This document shows positions 40,289 through 50,605 of a DNA stretch of 64,000 bases, one piece after another. Source of the stretch: an uncultured virus (IMG/VR IMGVR_UViG_3300015608_002806). Lineage: Duplodnaviria; Heunggongvirae; Uroviricota; Caudoviricetes. Below the pieces are notes generated by a model. The model was given only the letters and a program-made list of their open reading frames with translations. It did not search any database and was not told the origin of the DNA. A program made the position numbers and the translations under genes. The first letter of the stretch is position 1, and each line of letters starts with the position of its first letter. The stretch lies in the IMG/VR virus record IMGVR_UViG_3300015608_002806; one strand, 5' to 3'.

Positions 40289-40305
40289 TATAGCAAAGGT
40301 AAATT

Positions 40306-41763
40306 ATGCCAAAATCTTTAAAACTTTTTAATAAAAAAATTGAATTTGCAAAAGACAATAATTTAACAATATTAACAAAATTTAATGATTACATCAATAA
40401 TCGTCAAAATTTAGATATATTGTGTAACAATTGCAACAAAGAATTTAAAAGAACGTGGGATTCATTGTACGAAAAGAAAAGAATCAAGTGTCCATGGTGT
40501 CAAACAGATAAAAAAAATTGCAATGGAAAAAAATTAAATGAAGAATTTATTGAAAAAGCAAATTTAATTCACAATAAATATTATGATTATTCTTTGGTTG
40601 AATATAAAAATAATCATGAAAAAGTTACAATAATATGCCCCATTCATGGAAAATTTCAACAAAATGCAATTCATCACATAAATGAAGGAAAGGGCTGTCG
40701 TGAATGTGGTTACAAATTTTTATCAAAAACCTTTGCCTTCACAAAAGATAAATTTATTGAAAAAGCAAATGAAATTCATGGAAATAAATATGATTATTCA
40801 GGTATAAATTATACAAATTCTAAGACAAAAATACAAATTTATTGCAATCAATGTAAAAAATATTTTTGTCAAATGCCATATTCTCATTTATTTGGAAAAG
40901 GATGCAAAAATTGTATGTACAAAGGTTCATCATCATCTGAAAAAGAAATATATGATTGGCTTTCAACAATATACAAAGATAAAATTGAAAAAAACAATAG
41001 AAATATAATTTCCCCTAAAGAAATTGACATTTATTTACCAGATAAAAAATTTGGAATTGAATACAATGGTCTTTATTGGCATTCTGAAATTAATAAAAAT
41101 AAAAAATTGCACATCAATAAAACAATCGAATGCAAAAAACAAAATATTAATTTGTTTCATGTTTTTTCTGATGAGTGGATCAATAAAAAAGAAATTATTA
41201 AGTCCATGATTGCTCACCGCATTGGATTAACTCAAGAAAAAATACATGCAAGAAAGTGCTCAATTCGACAATTAACAAAAAAAGAAACAAATGATTTTTT
41301 TAAAGACAATCACATTTCAGGACCAACTTCATTTACACTCGCTTATGGCTTAATCATTAATAATGAGATATGTTCAGCCATTTCATTAAGGGAGCCATTT
41401 CATAAAAAATATAAAATTAAAAAATATATAGAAATTGCAAGATTTGCAAATAAAATCAATTCATGTGTTGTGGGTGGATTTGATAAACTATTGAACAATA
41501 TTATTTTGAATATTAAAAATAAATATAGAGGAATTTTGTCTTATGCTGATTTGAGATTTGGAGATGGTGCAGTTTATTTAAAATCAGGTTTTAATTTAAT
41601 TGGACAAACACCAATTGATTATTGGTACACTGATTTCAATAAAAGAGAAAATAGATTTAAATATAAAGCTTCAAATGGAAAATCAGAATCCGATGTAGCG
41701 AAAGAAAATAATGTTCACAAAATATATGGATGCGGTTCCAATATTTATATTTTAGATTTTTAA
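40306..41763 (+). CDS. Free-standing putative homing endonuclease (zinc-ribbon repeats, PD-(D/E)xK-type domain, Hef-like C-terminus)
   Basis: Repeats FIEKA..IH..KYDYS...Y....K..I.C; EIDIYLPDKKFGIEYNGLYWH; IHARKC, EIARFA, SYADLR. Confidence 0.8.
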   Translation: MPKSLKLFNKKIEFAKDNNLTILTKFNDYINNRQNLDILCNNCNKEFKRTWDSLYEKKRIKCPWCQTDKKNCNGKKLNEEFIEKANLIHNKYYDYSLVEYKNNHEKVTIICPIHGKFQQNAIHHINEGKGCRECGYKFLSKTFAFTKDKFIEKANEIHGNKYDYSGINYTNSKTKIQIYCNQCKKYFCQMPYSHLFGKGCKNCMYKGSSSSEKEIYDWLSTIYKDKIEKNNRNIISPKEIDIYLPDKKFGIEYNGLYWHSEINKNKKLHINKTIECKKQNINLFHVFSDEWINKKEIIKSMIAHRIGLTQEKIHARKCSIRQLTKKETNDFFKDNHISGPTSFTLAYGLIINNEICSAISLREPFHKKYKIKKYIEIARFANKINSCVVGGFDKLLNNIILNIKNKYRGILSYADLRFGDGAVYLKSGFNLIGQTPIDYWYTDFNKRENRFKYKASNGKSESDVAKENNVHKIYGCGSNIYILDF

Positions 41764-41792
41764 AAATATATTATTTCAATAATTATATTGGT

Positions 41793-42248
41793 ATGCTATT
41801 AAATACAGAAAACATTTTTTTAAACATTTTAAATGGAATGCCGCTTAATTTTAAATCTGTCTATATGTCATTTGACATTTTTGATTTAAAAAAATTTGTT
41901 GATAAAAACAATGTACAAAATTATGATTTTGTTCAATTGGTCAGGTCAGGATATGGTCATGTAAATTTTTTTAGAATTATAAAAATGCCATTAATTGATG
42001 GTGTTACAATTAATTCTTTGAAACAAAAAATTTTTAATTTTTTAATTAAAATTATAAATCAAAATAAAATAAAATTAAAATCTGTACCATTTGTTTACGG
42101 AAAAGATTATTATATAAACAATCTTTCAAAAGAAAATATCAAATGGTATGGTTCAGATTCTGGTGGATATGGTTTTTCTTTATATTTAGATTTATTTATT
42201 TCCCCGTCTTCATTTTCTGATATGATAAATTCTATTTGCATCAAATAA
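41793..42248 (+). CDS. Hypothetical protein
   Basis: Probable start MLLNTE at 41793. Confidence 0.5.
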   Translation: MLLNTENIFLNILNGMPLNFKSVYMSFDIFDLKKFVDKNNVQNYDFVQLVRSGYGHVNFFRIIKMPLIDGVTINSLKQKIFNFLIKIINQNKIKLKSVPFVYGKDYYINNLSKENIKWYGSDSGGYGFSLYLDLFISPSSFSDMINSICIK

Positions 42249-42285
42249 TGATTATATAGATTTTCATCTGAAAATTTCAGACCAA

Positions 42286-42600
42286 ATGAAATCATTATTA
42301 AATATAGATCTAATAGAAAATATAATAAAAGAATTTTTTGAAAAAGAAAAAAAACATATATATTTTCAAGAAATACAATATAATAATTTTATAGAAATGA
42401 AAGCTTATAATTCTTTTACTCCTAATTATAAAATTTTAGAACTACAATGTGCTAAACATTTTTTAGAATTAAATGAATTTATTTTCTTACAAAAAGAATT
42501 TAATAAACAATTTAAAACACAAGATAGTGAATGGATTGTTTCTCTTCCTGAGAAAAATAAAAAATTAAAATTTTCTGATTTTATTAAAAATCTAAAATAA
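42286..42600 (+). CDS. Hypothetical protein
   Basis: 104 aa ORF. Confidence 0.5.
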   Translation: MKSLLNIDLIENIIKEFFEKEKKHIYFQEIQYNNFIEMKAYNSFTPNYKILELQCAKHFLELNEFIFLQKEFNKQFKTQDSEWIVSLPEKNKKLKFSDFIKNLK

Positions 42601-42603
42601 AAT

Positions 42604-45165
42604 ATGACTGAACAAACAATTGGAACAAATGAAACAAAACAAAGTATATTGCTACGAAATATAGCTGTAATAAAATCATATTTTGATCAAAATCCGAATA
42701 AAATATATTCCGTTTCTGATTCAGATCGAAGTATTTCTGTTTCTTCTTCTCCTTTTGTTAATTTTTCTATAATAAGCTGCGACAATCAAGAAACAGCTTT
42801 ATCTAGATTGATAAAAATTGATCCAAAACATGCAATAAAATTTATGACAATGACACCATTGCAAAAATCAATTTTAATTCCAAAATTAGAAATAGGACGA
42901 TTGGAAAAAGGATCAAATCAATTAAAACCAAAAATTATTCCAATTGTTTTCACTTCAAGATTTGAAGACAATTATTTATCATTTCTACAAGAAGCAAAAA
43001 TTGAACAATTGTTTGGAGAAGTGGAGCCCGTTTCTGGTTGCGGTATTAAAAAAATTATAATTGAAGACAGGCCAGAAAACACAGCTGACATTAATATAAA
43101 ATGTACCATAGAAATGGTTTTTGAAAATGCTGCTTCTCTTTTGCAAGAAAACATTAGAAGATTAATAACAACACCAGAAAGAAAAGAAGGATTCACTGGA
43201 GAAGATTATCGATTGCGATTGAAAATCGGATGGCAAGTTCCGAGCGATTATACAAATAATGAATTAATTGATCAAGATTTTAAAGATGCTCTAAAAGAAT
43301 GTGAAAAACAATATCTTCTTGAATTGATTTCTCATACAATTAATTTTAAAACAAATGGAAAAATAACACTATCTATACAATATCAAGGTGCAATTGATGG
43401 ATTTTTGTCTGATAAAAAAGCTGATTTATTTGAGCCAACAAATTATGCAAAAGGATATTCAGCCTTTTCTTCAGTAAAAGAAGAATTAGAAATTTCATAT
43501 TTAACTGTTAAAATGAACGCAAGAGATGCTTTGCTTTTATCTATAGAAAGAATAAAAGACTCTAAAGAACAAGAAGCAATTGAAAGAAAAAAATCTTTAC
43601 AAGAACAAATTGATGCTTTAAATAAAGAAATTGCTTTGTATTCAAATAAAATAAAAGGATCAATTTTTGGTTCAATTTTAAAAAGAGTTTACAATCAAAG
43701 AATGTTTTGTATAGATGTTCCAATTGAAACATTTAAATATTGGCAAAACAATCAATTAAATCCACAAACAGAACAAAGAAGAACAGAGGCAACAAACGCA
43801 GCAAATACAGGAATTCAATCATTTAATAACATTCAATATAGAAACAATCAATCACAAATTGATCCATCATTAGGATTTTTTGATAATATTACAAATGGAA
43901 TGAATTTAATTCCATATCTACCAGATACATCTCAAAATTTCATTCAAACATCAAATATTCGACCAATAATATTGAAAAATATAGGAGATGAAGCACTAAC
44001 ACAAACAAATGATGATGGTGAATTTAAAGAAACATCAACAACACAAGAAAGAATGAATACAGCACAAGAGGAAGCCATTGTTTCCTCTCAAGAAGAATAT
44101 GTTAGAACAAACAGAAGAGATAGGTCTCTAGAAAGATATAGATTTAGAAGAAGAGTGCAAGAGTACAGAAGTCAACAAGAACAAATTTCTCGTAAAGAAA
44201 AATATGTTCCAATACATTTTATGAGATATGGAGATTTGCTTGATACAGTTTTGAGTATATTAAATATTAATAATTCTACATTTGGTATTATTTTAGGTGG
44301 ATGCAAATATTACAATAATCAAACAAATACATTTTCTGTATATAATATAGCTGATATTCCTATTTCTGTTGAACATTTTTCTAATTGGTTTTTCAACAAA
44401 TGCATCACAACACAAAGACCACAGTATTTTATTAAAAATTTTATATATGAATCAATAACAGACTTAATAAGACCATTATTTGGATATCATGATGGTTTAG
44501 GAAAACCATTATTTGCAAATTATTCAATTAATTTTAATGTAATTACAACAAATAAACAAATTTTTCCATCAAAAATTTCTGATGCTGAAATTGATGGTCT
44601 TTTAAAGTCATCTATAAATAATGGAGATTCTGCATATCAATATTTGGTTGTTTCTATGGATTGGACATCGCCTGAATTTTTAAATTACGACATTAAGGAA
44701 GACCTTGAGCATGGTATCGTCCATTATCGTATCGGACAAACGTCAGGAATATTAAACAACGTGTCTTTTGAGAAATTAGACAATGAGTCTCTTCGATCTG
44801 CCAGAATGGTTGGAGACAAATTAAATAATGCTGGTGAAATATTAAGAGAATTTTACAATGTAAAGTTAGAATGTGAAGGAAATCCACTTGCAACAAATGG
44901 TGGATTCTTTATGGTTGACACAAGAGCATTTGGTGAATTAATGCCAGTTGCATTGAAAACCCTTGGTATTGGCGGATATTATATAACAAATGGTATAGAA
45001 ACAATATTAACACCACACAAATACAAAATGACAATTAATGGATTTTGGCAAGAAAAAAATTATCAAGACAAACCACACCAAAACACACAACCGATTTCTG
45101 ATAATTTACTTAATACAATTTCAACAATACCAACTTTTGGTGGCGGTAGAAAAATAATAAGATAA
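42604..45165 (+). CDS. Putative baseplate hub/tail structural protein
   Basis: LRLKIGW, F..NG.ITLSIQY, C-terminal GNPL...LGIGGYY.T.....L....Y.M.I pattern seen in gp27/GPD-like hubs. Confidence 0.5.
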   Translation: MTEQTIGTNETKQSILLRNIAVIKSYFDQNPNKIYSVSDSDRSISVSSSPFVNFSIISCDNQETALSRLIKIDPKHAIKFMTMTPLQKSILIPKLEIGRLEKGSNQLKPKIIPIVFTSRFEDNYLSFLQEAKIEQLFGEVEPVSGCGIKKIIIEDRPENTADINIKCTIEMVFENAASLLQENIRRLITTPERKEGFTGEDYRLRLKIGWQVPSDYTNNELIDQDFKDALKECEKQYLLELISHTINFKTNGKITLSIQYQGAIDGFLSDKKADLFEPTNYAKGYSAFSSVKEELEISYLTVKMNARDALLLSIERIKDSKEQEAIERKKSLQEQIDALNKEIALYSNKIKGSIFGSILKRVYNQRMFCIDVPIETFKYWQNNQLNPQTEQRRTEATNAANTGIQSFNNIQYRNNQSQIDPSLGFFDNITNGMNLIPYLPDTSQNFIQTSNIRPIILKNIGDEALTQTNDDGEFKETSTTQERMNTAQEEAIVSSQEEYVRTNRRDRSLERYRFRRRVQEYRSQQEQISRKEKYVPIHFMRYGDLLDTVLSILNINNSTFGIILGGCKYYNNQTNTFSVYNIADIPISVEHFSNWFFNKCITTQRPQYFIKNFIYESITDLIRPLFGYHDGLGKPLFANYSINFNVITTNKQIFPSKISDAEIDGLLKSSINNGDSAYQYLVVSMDWTSPEFLNYDIKEDLEHGIVHYRIGQTSGILNNVSFEKLDNESLRSARMVGDKLNNAGEILREFYNVKLECEGNPLATNGGFFMVDTRAFGELMPVALKTLGIGGYYITNGIETILTPHKYKMTINGFWQEKNYQDKPHQNTQPISDNLLNTISTIPTFGGGRKIIR

Positions 45166-45166
45166 T

Positions 45167-46138
45167 ATGAATTTAAAAGAAATTTTCAAATCAAAAGATA
45201 TTGAGGATTTGTCTTATTTTAGACCGTCCAATCTTTTGGATTTGAAAATATATCCAGCCTATGGTAAAAAATATGGAAATATTTATATAGAACCAATAAA
45301 ATCATCTTTAAAACAATTTCCCAATACAAATTTCTCTGCTATTAATTTTGTTGTTGATTCATATATGTCATTATACAATGATATTAAAAAATCTTGTTTT
45401 GAAGGAAAAATATCAAAAACAAGCATGTTTAATATTTCAAATTTATCTATAAATAAAGCATATGTTTCGCCATTATCATATTATGATAACATATTGAATA
45501 TAATATTTTCAGATTTTTTTAAATTTTATAAAAATATAGATTCATGTATTAATTTTTTTGATTCATTTTATCAGTTTGTATTAAATAATAATATAGATTT
45601 TACAATTTATTCTTGTTTAGAAACATTTTATATCGATATATTTTCTTCTGGTCTTGCTATATCATTTTTATCACCAGATATTGATTATTTTGATTTTTTT
45701 AAAGATCAAAATTATCCATATTTTAATCATTTATGTAAAAAATATAATTTTATGATATCCAAAGATAAACCAAATATACTGATTTTTAAATTAAATAAAG
45801 ATTATTCATATGTGGACTATCAAGATATTAACAATACTTATATTTCATATTTAAACAATGTTTTTAAAACTTATTGGAACAAATATGTTAATACTTTTAG
45901 TGAAAAAATAGAATTTAAAGATAAAAATTTTTATATAGATTTATATAAATTTTATACATTTTTATTAAAATGTAGATTTAATGAAATATCTCGCATTGAA
46001 AATATAAACATAACAAATATTTCTGAATTTTATAAATTATATTCTATATTGGGTTATTCAAAAACAATGAATTTATTAAATACTGCTCGCGAGACCAAAA
46101 CGATTCCATTAATGACGGGCCTTGACGACCAAGGCTAG
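45167..46138 (+). CDS. Hypothetical protein
   Basis: 323 aa ORF. Confidence 0.55.
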   Translation: MNLKEIFKSKDIEDLSYFRPSNLLDLKIYPAYGKKYGNIYIEPIKSSLKQFPNTNFSAINFVVDSYMSLYNDIKKSCFEGKISKTSMFNISNLSINKAYVSPLSYYDNILNIIFSDFFKFYKNIDSCINFFDSFYQFVLNNNIDFTIYSCLETFYIDIFSSGLAISFLSPDIDYFDFFKDQNYPYFNHLCKKYNFMISKDKPNILIFKLNKDYSYVDYQDINNTYISYLNNVFKTYWNKYVNTFSEKIEFKDKNFYIDLYKFYTFLLKCRFNEISRIENINITNISEFYKLYSILGYSKTMNLLNTARETKTIPLMTGLDDQG

Positions 46139-47222
46139 CGAATTTACTTGTTCATCCGTGGTCGAGCACAGGGAAACCAAATTGAGCTGGTTGCCCAATT
46201 TTCATACCAATTCAAGTGGTATTGAATATATGGGTATTTATGCAAATTCTTATTATATAAACAACATATGTCCACCACATCTAAAAAAAGATTTAAGTAT
46301 ATTTTATAATTCCATTGTAAATCAATTTACAGCAATTACTGATGCCGGAATAAATCCATTAAATAATAATGTTTTAATGTGTATTCCTCATCATATCATT
46401 GAATCTTATCAAAATTTAATTACTGAAATAAATAATCATGTATTTTTATCATTTGAAAAACCTAATGATTATGATTTTATTTTTTTATTATTAAAATATT
46501 TATCAAAATTATCCAACAAACCTCTTAATATTAATAATAAAGAATTATTACAACAATATGGTAATTATATTGAACTTCATCCCTTTACAAAAACAGGAAG
46601 ATTGTCTTGTGTTTATAAAACTTTTCCGATTCTAAATTTAAAAAAAGAAGACCGAATTCATATTGTTCCGAATAATTCATTTTTTTTTGAATTGGATTTT
46701 AATGGAGCAGAAATACGAACAATTTTTGCTTTAGCTGGTCTTGAACAACCTCAAGAAGACATATATCAGTATATAGCTAGAGAGTTTTATAATAATTCAA
46801 TATCAAGAGAACAATGTAAAAAAAATACAATATTAAATTTATATAAAGGCGATAATAATTTTCATGAATTGTCATCAATAATTAATTTTTCATCTTTAAA
46901 AGAAAAATTTTTTTATGAAAATTATTTAATAACACCATTTGGTAAAAAAATAGAATGTAATATTGAACATTTTATAAATTATTTGTGTCAATCAACAAGT
47001 GCTTATAATTTATTTATTTCAATGATGAAATTACAAGATTTTTTAGTTAAAAAAAAATCATATGTAGCATTTGTGTCACCTGATTCTATAATCATAGATT
47101 ATCATGATGACGATATTGATTTAATTACAAAAATTACTGATGTATTTGCAAATACAGTTTTAGGAAAATTTGTTGTTAACAAAAAGATAGGATATAATTT
47201 TTTTGAAATGGAGAAAATATGA
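46122..47222 (+). CDS. Short family A DNA polymerase-like protein (start uncertain)
   Basis: TKTGRLS, motif A LDFNGAEIR, motif B REQCKKNTILNLY, NYLCQSTSA, motif C VSPDS. Confidence 0.75.
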   Translation: MTTKASEFTCSSVVEHRETKLSWLPNFHTNSSGIEYMGIYANSYYINNICPPHLKKDLSIFYNSIVNQFTAITDAGINPLNNNVLMCIPHHIIESYQNLITEINNHVFLSFEKPNDYDFIFLLLKYLSKLSNKPLNINNKELLQQYGNYIELHPFTKTGRLSCVYKTFPILNLKKEDRIHIVPNNSFFFELDFNGAEIRTIFALAGLEQPQEDIYQYIAREFYNNSISREQCKKNTILNLYKGDNNFHELSSIINFSSLKEKFFYENYLITPFGKKIECNIEHFINYLCQSTSAYNLFISMMKLQDFLVKKKSYVAFVSPDSIIIDYHDDDIDLITKITDVFANTVLGKFVVNKKIGYNFFEMEKI

Positions 47223-47657
47223 TTATGATGAATAAAAAAATATTTATTATGGTTTTTCACAATTGTATTACTGTAAATTATCATACAAATATACATCTTC
47301 ATGTGAAAACATTTACTGATGATATTGTTTCAAATAAAAAAAATTATTTATCAACTGTGAAAATTAACAATTTTGGATGGGAAGTTAAATATTTGCTTCA
47401 AAAGGAAAAAAACATTGTCACAACAGAATATAAATAGAAATGCATTGTTTATTATTAATAATGCATTACCTGCAAGAATAAATAAATTAATATTAGTTAT
47501 TTATATTAAAATTAATAATAAAACTTTTTTAAGATGCACTGATAAAAAAATTAATATTGTTGATTTTGATCCGAATTTATTTTCTGTTTTTGCTGAAAAT
47601 CAAAATATTAAAGAAAATAAATTTATAAATTGTTATTATGAGGACTAATTATAAAAA

Positions 47658-48446
47658 ATGTTCATTCTTATTGGTGACAAATTAAAATCATTAAACATAA
47701 ATGGTTTAAAAATTCATTCTTTTAATTCTGAAAAAATTCCTCTTTTTAAGACAATTGAAGAATGTGAAAAGTGGTTCATTGTTAATGATCCATATTTTTT
47801 TTCATCAAAAGATGAAATATATAATGTTGTTGTTTATGGAGGAGATCCATTGTGTGGCTCTGTTTTGTTTTTAGCAGAAAAATTTAAAGATAAAAAAATA
47901 AATATAATTTATCTATTTCAAAATAAATATAGCAATAATTTAACAGAGCTTAACCATAAAATAACTGTAAATATCTTGCAAGAATATGCAAGATCTGGTT
48001 GTTTTGAATCAATATATTTAATTGATTTGGATGTAATAATAAAACTATATTCAAATTATCCAATTAATAAATTTTCAGTGATTTATGATCAAATCATTGT
48101 TGATCTTTTAAAATTTATTGAATGGGCATCAAGCAATCCATCTTGTATTTACGGTGAATCGTATGACATATTGGAAATAAATAAAATACGAACAATTTCT
48201 TTTGTCTTTTTTGATAAAAAGGAATCAATTCCTCTTTTCAATTTAGAAAAATCCTCATTATCCGAGGATAAATTTTATTTTTTGTTTACCCAAAAGGAGC
48301 TTGACGACAAAAATGACGTCATTACTATAGCAGAGGAAAATATGAAAAATATTTCCAATAAAAAATACTTTGGGATTTATCTTGGTGATAACGTAAGAAG
48401 TTATCATTTTTGTGTAGGTTGTTCTAATTTAATTCAAAAATTTTAA
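47658..48446 (+). CDS. Possible highly diverged tubulin/FtsZ-fold protein
   Basis: VVYGGDPLCGS at the T4-loop-like position, INIIYL, ILQEYARSG.FESIYLID; lies upstream of SSB. Confidence 0.35.
   Translation: MFILIGDKLKSLNINGLKIHSFNSEKIPLFKTIEECEKWFIVNDPYFFSSKDEIYNVVVYGGDPLCGSVLFLAEKFKDKKINIIYLFQNKYSNNLTELNHKITVNILQEYARSGCFESIYLIDLDVIIKLYSNYPINKFSVIYDQIIVDLLKFIEWASSNPSCIYGESYDILEINKIRTISFVFFDKKESIPLFNLEKSSLSEDKFYFLFTQKELDDKNDVITIAEENMKNISNKKYFGIYLGDNVRSYHFCVGCSNLIQKF
48301..48328 (+). promoter_or_regulatory. Candidate sigma70-type promoter for the SSB/recA operon
   Basis: TTGACG-N16-TACTAT. Confidence 0.45.
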
Positions 48447-48467
48447 AAATAAAAGGTGGTTAATTAA

Positions 48468-49430
48468 ATGAATTTACAAGACTTAATTTCAAAAACAAAA
48501 CTTAACATTGATCAACTAAAAGAAACTAAAAAAGATGATAAAAAAATCATTCTTACGCCTGATAGATGGCAACCAGATGTTGGTAAAACTGTTTTAAGAT
48601 TTCTAACCTCTGATGAGGAATATGATCTTAAAAGAGATATGTGGTTTAGATTAGTTAATGTTCATTTTTTTAGAAAAAAAGTTTTCTTTTGTTTAAAAGA
48701 AAAAGGACACAAATGTCCAATTTGCGAACACGGTTGGGCTGAATACAATCGTCTCAAAGATTTTAATAAAAATCTACCAGATGACAAAAAAGATAGATCT
48801 TATTCTAAATTTCTGCCATCACAAAGAGCTATCTGTAAAGTTCTTGTAAAAAGATATTCTGCTGATGGCACAGCAAATCCAATTGATATTGAAGCAATGG
48901 AAACAAATGAATTTGGTCAACCTCAAGTTAAATTGCTTGATCTATCAAAATCAATTATTGACGAAATCAATAAAGCATATGTATTCAATCCAGAATACGG
49001 CGATATCACAAGTATTGATCAAGGTTTTGATTTTAATCTTTTGAAAGAAGTTAAGAAAAAAGGTGCTGCTTCTGCTCAGTCTTCAATTTCACTAACAGCA
49101 TTCAGATCTAATTCTCCTGCAATTAGCAAACATGTTATTTCTATGACAAATGAAGATCAATTTGTTGCTGCATATATGAAAATGACAGAACTGTCTCCAA
49201 GAATGTCTGATAGATTTGATGAAGTTACTCATGCTGAATGCATTCAAATGCTTGAAGAGCATTTGTCAGATATGAAAAATTCTGAAGCTGAATCAGAAAG
49301 AGGTGGAGCATCTGAATCATCAGAATCAGATGATTCAAATTCTTCACAAGATTCAGATTTTGTCCCTGGCAAAGATAGTAAATTTGCTGCAATTGCAAAT
49401 AAATTCAAAACAAATTCTAGCAATAGCTAA
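48468..49430 (+). CDS. Single-stranded DNA-binding protein, T4 gp32-like
   Basis: W.P..GK..LRFL, H...C......CPICE Zn site, YGDIT....GFDF, acidic Ser/Asp tail. Confidence 0.8.
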   Translation: MNLQDLISKTKLNIDQLKETKKDDKKIILTPDRWQPDVGKTVLRFLTSDEEYDLKRDMWFRLVNVHFFRKKVFFCLKEKGHKCPICEHGWAEYNRLKDFNKNLPDDKKDRSYSKFLPSQRAICKVLVKRYSADGTANPIDIEAMETNEFGQPQVKLLDLSKSIIDEINKAYVFNPEYGDITSIDQGFDFNLLKEVKKKGAASAQSSISLTAFRSNSPAISKHVISMTNEDQFVAAYMKMTELSPRMSDRFDEVTHAECIQMLEEHLSDMKNSEAESERGGASESSESDDSNSSQDSDFVPGKDSKFAAIANKFKTNSSNS

Positions 49431-49437
49431 GTAACTT

Positions 49438-49485
49438 AAAATTCCTGGATATATGATTTTTTTGTATATCCAGGAATTTTTTTTT
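49438..49485 (+). terminator. Hairpin terminator/attenuator between SSB and recA
   Basis: Perfect 16-bp inverted repeat AAAATTCCTGGATATA / TATATCCAGGAATTTT followed by a T run. Confidence 0.75.
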
Positions 49486-49494
49486 AGGAAAAAT

Positions 49495-50595
49495 ATGTCA
49501 AAAGAAAAAGAAACAAACAGACAGCTTTCAATTGATGAAATTAAAAACATTGTAAATAAAAAAGCTGGACAATCTGTCGCGGCCACATTCAATGAATCAA
49601 AATTATTGGAGGTTCCATATTGGATCTCAACATCATCACGATGGCTTGATTCTATAATTTGCAAAGGTAAAAGAAGTGGAATCCCAGGTGGGCACATTAC
49701 AGAAATAGCTGCTGTAAATGGTGCTGGTAAAAGTTTTTTGGCTCTAATGATAGCAAAAAATGCTATGAAAATGGGCATTAAAGTTGTTTATTTTGATGCA
49801 GAAGGCGGTGTTGATAAAGATTTCGTTTCAAATTGTCAAATAAATATGGATGAAATAATTCATATTCCAGTTCAATCAATGGAAAAAATGTTCAATATAA
49901 TTGACAATCTTCTCTCTAATACATCTGAAAGATATTTGTTTATTTGGGATTCATATGCTGCAACGCCATGCGAAAAAGAAATTGAAGGAGAATTTGATCC
50001 ATCTTCACATATGGCTGTTGGACCTAGAGTAGCAAATTTAGCTATGAAAAAATTATTGATTCCCCTTCTTGAGAAAAAATCAACACTGATTGTTTTAAAT
50101 CAAATCCGAGACAATATTGGAGCAGACAAGTGGACTCTTTTAAAAGAGCCATATAAAGTTCCAGGCGGTAATCAATTAAAACATTGCTACACATTGAGGC
50201 TTTGGTTGTTTGTTGGTCAAGCAAAAGACGATGCCATTATTGATTCAACCCAAGCAAAAATTGGTCACAATGTTACTGTTAAAATCAAGAAATCACGCCA
50301 CGGTACAGAAGGAAGAAGATGTAAGTTGTCCTTCCTTTGGGGTTCCACGGTGAATAAGATTGCCGATGAAGAGTTGTGGATGGAAGCTTTAGAGGGCTGT
50401 GCAGATATGCAACAAGGTGGTTGGAATAAACTTGTTGTAAATGGTAAAGAAGTTTCCTTTAGAGCGTCAGAATGGATGGAAAAACTTAAAGATAAGGACT
50501 TTAGAGCTAAAGTTGACGAAATATTTGATAAGCATTTGTTAAATTTCACAGGTCAACCTGAAGTTGTTGCAGAAGATGTGGAAGAAGAAGAGTAA
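49495..50595 (+). CDS. recA: RecA/UvsX-like recombinase
   Basis: WISTSS..LD, GIPGG.ITEI, GAGKS, YFDAE, IWDS, LNQIR, PGG; start MSKEK after AGGA. Confidence 0.9.
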   Translation: MSKEKETNRQLSIDEIKNIVNKKAGQSVAATFNESKLLEVPYWISTSSRWLDSIICKGKRSGIPGGHITEIAAVNGAGKSFLALMIAKNAMKMGIKVVYFDAEGGVDKDFVSNCQINMDEIIHIPVQSMEKMFNIIDNLLSNTSERYLFIWDSYAATPCEKEIEGEFDPSSHMAVGPRVANLAMKKLLIPLLEKKSTLIVLNQIRDNIGADKWTLLKEPYKVPGGNQLKHCYTLRLWLFVGQAKDDAIIDSTQAKIGHNVTVKIKKSRHGTEGRRCKLSFLWGSTVNKIADEELWMEALEGCADMQQGGWNKLVVNGKEVSFRASEWMEKLKDKDFRAKVDEIFDKHLLNFTGQPEVVAEDVEEEE

Positions 50596-50605
50596 AATTA
50601 AAAAA

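Noticed and set aside
47219..47648. Second homopolymer frameshift joining 47219..47437 and 47373..47648 at the A7 run 47406-47412
   Set aside because: Neither part has a recognisable motif, so a fusion cannot be supported.
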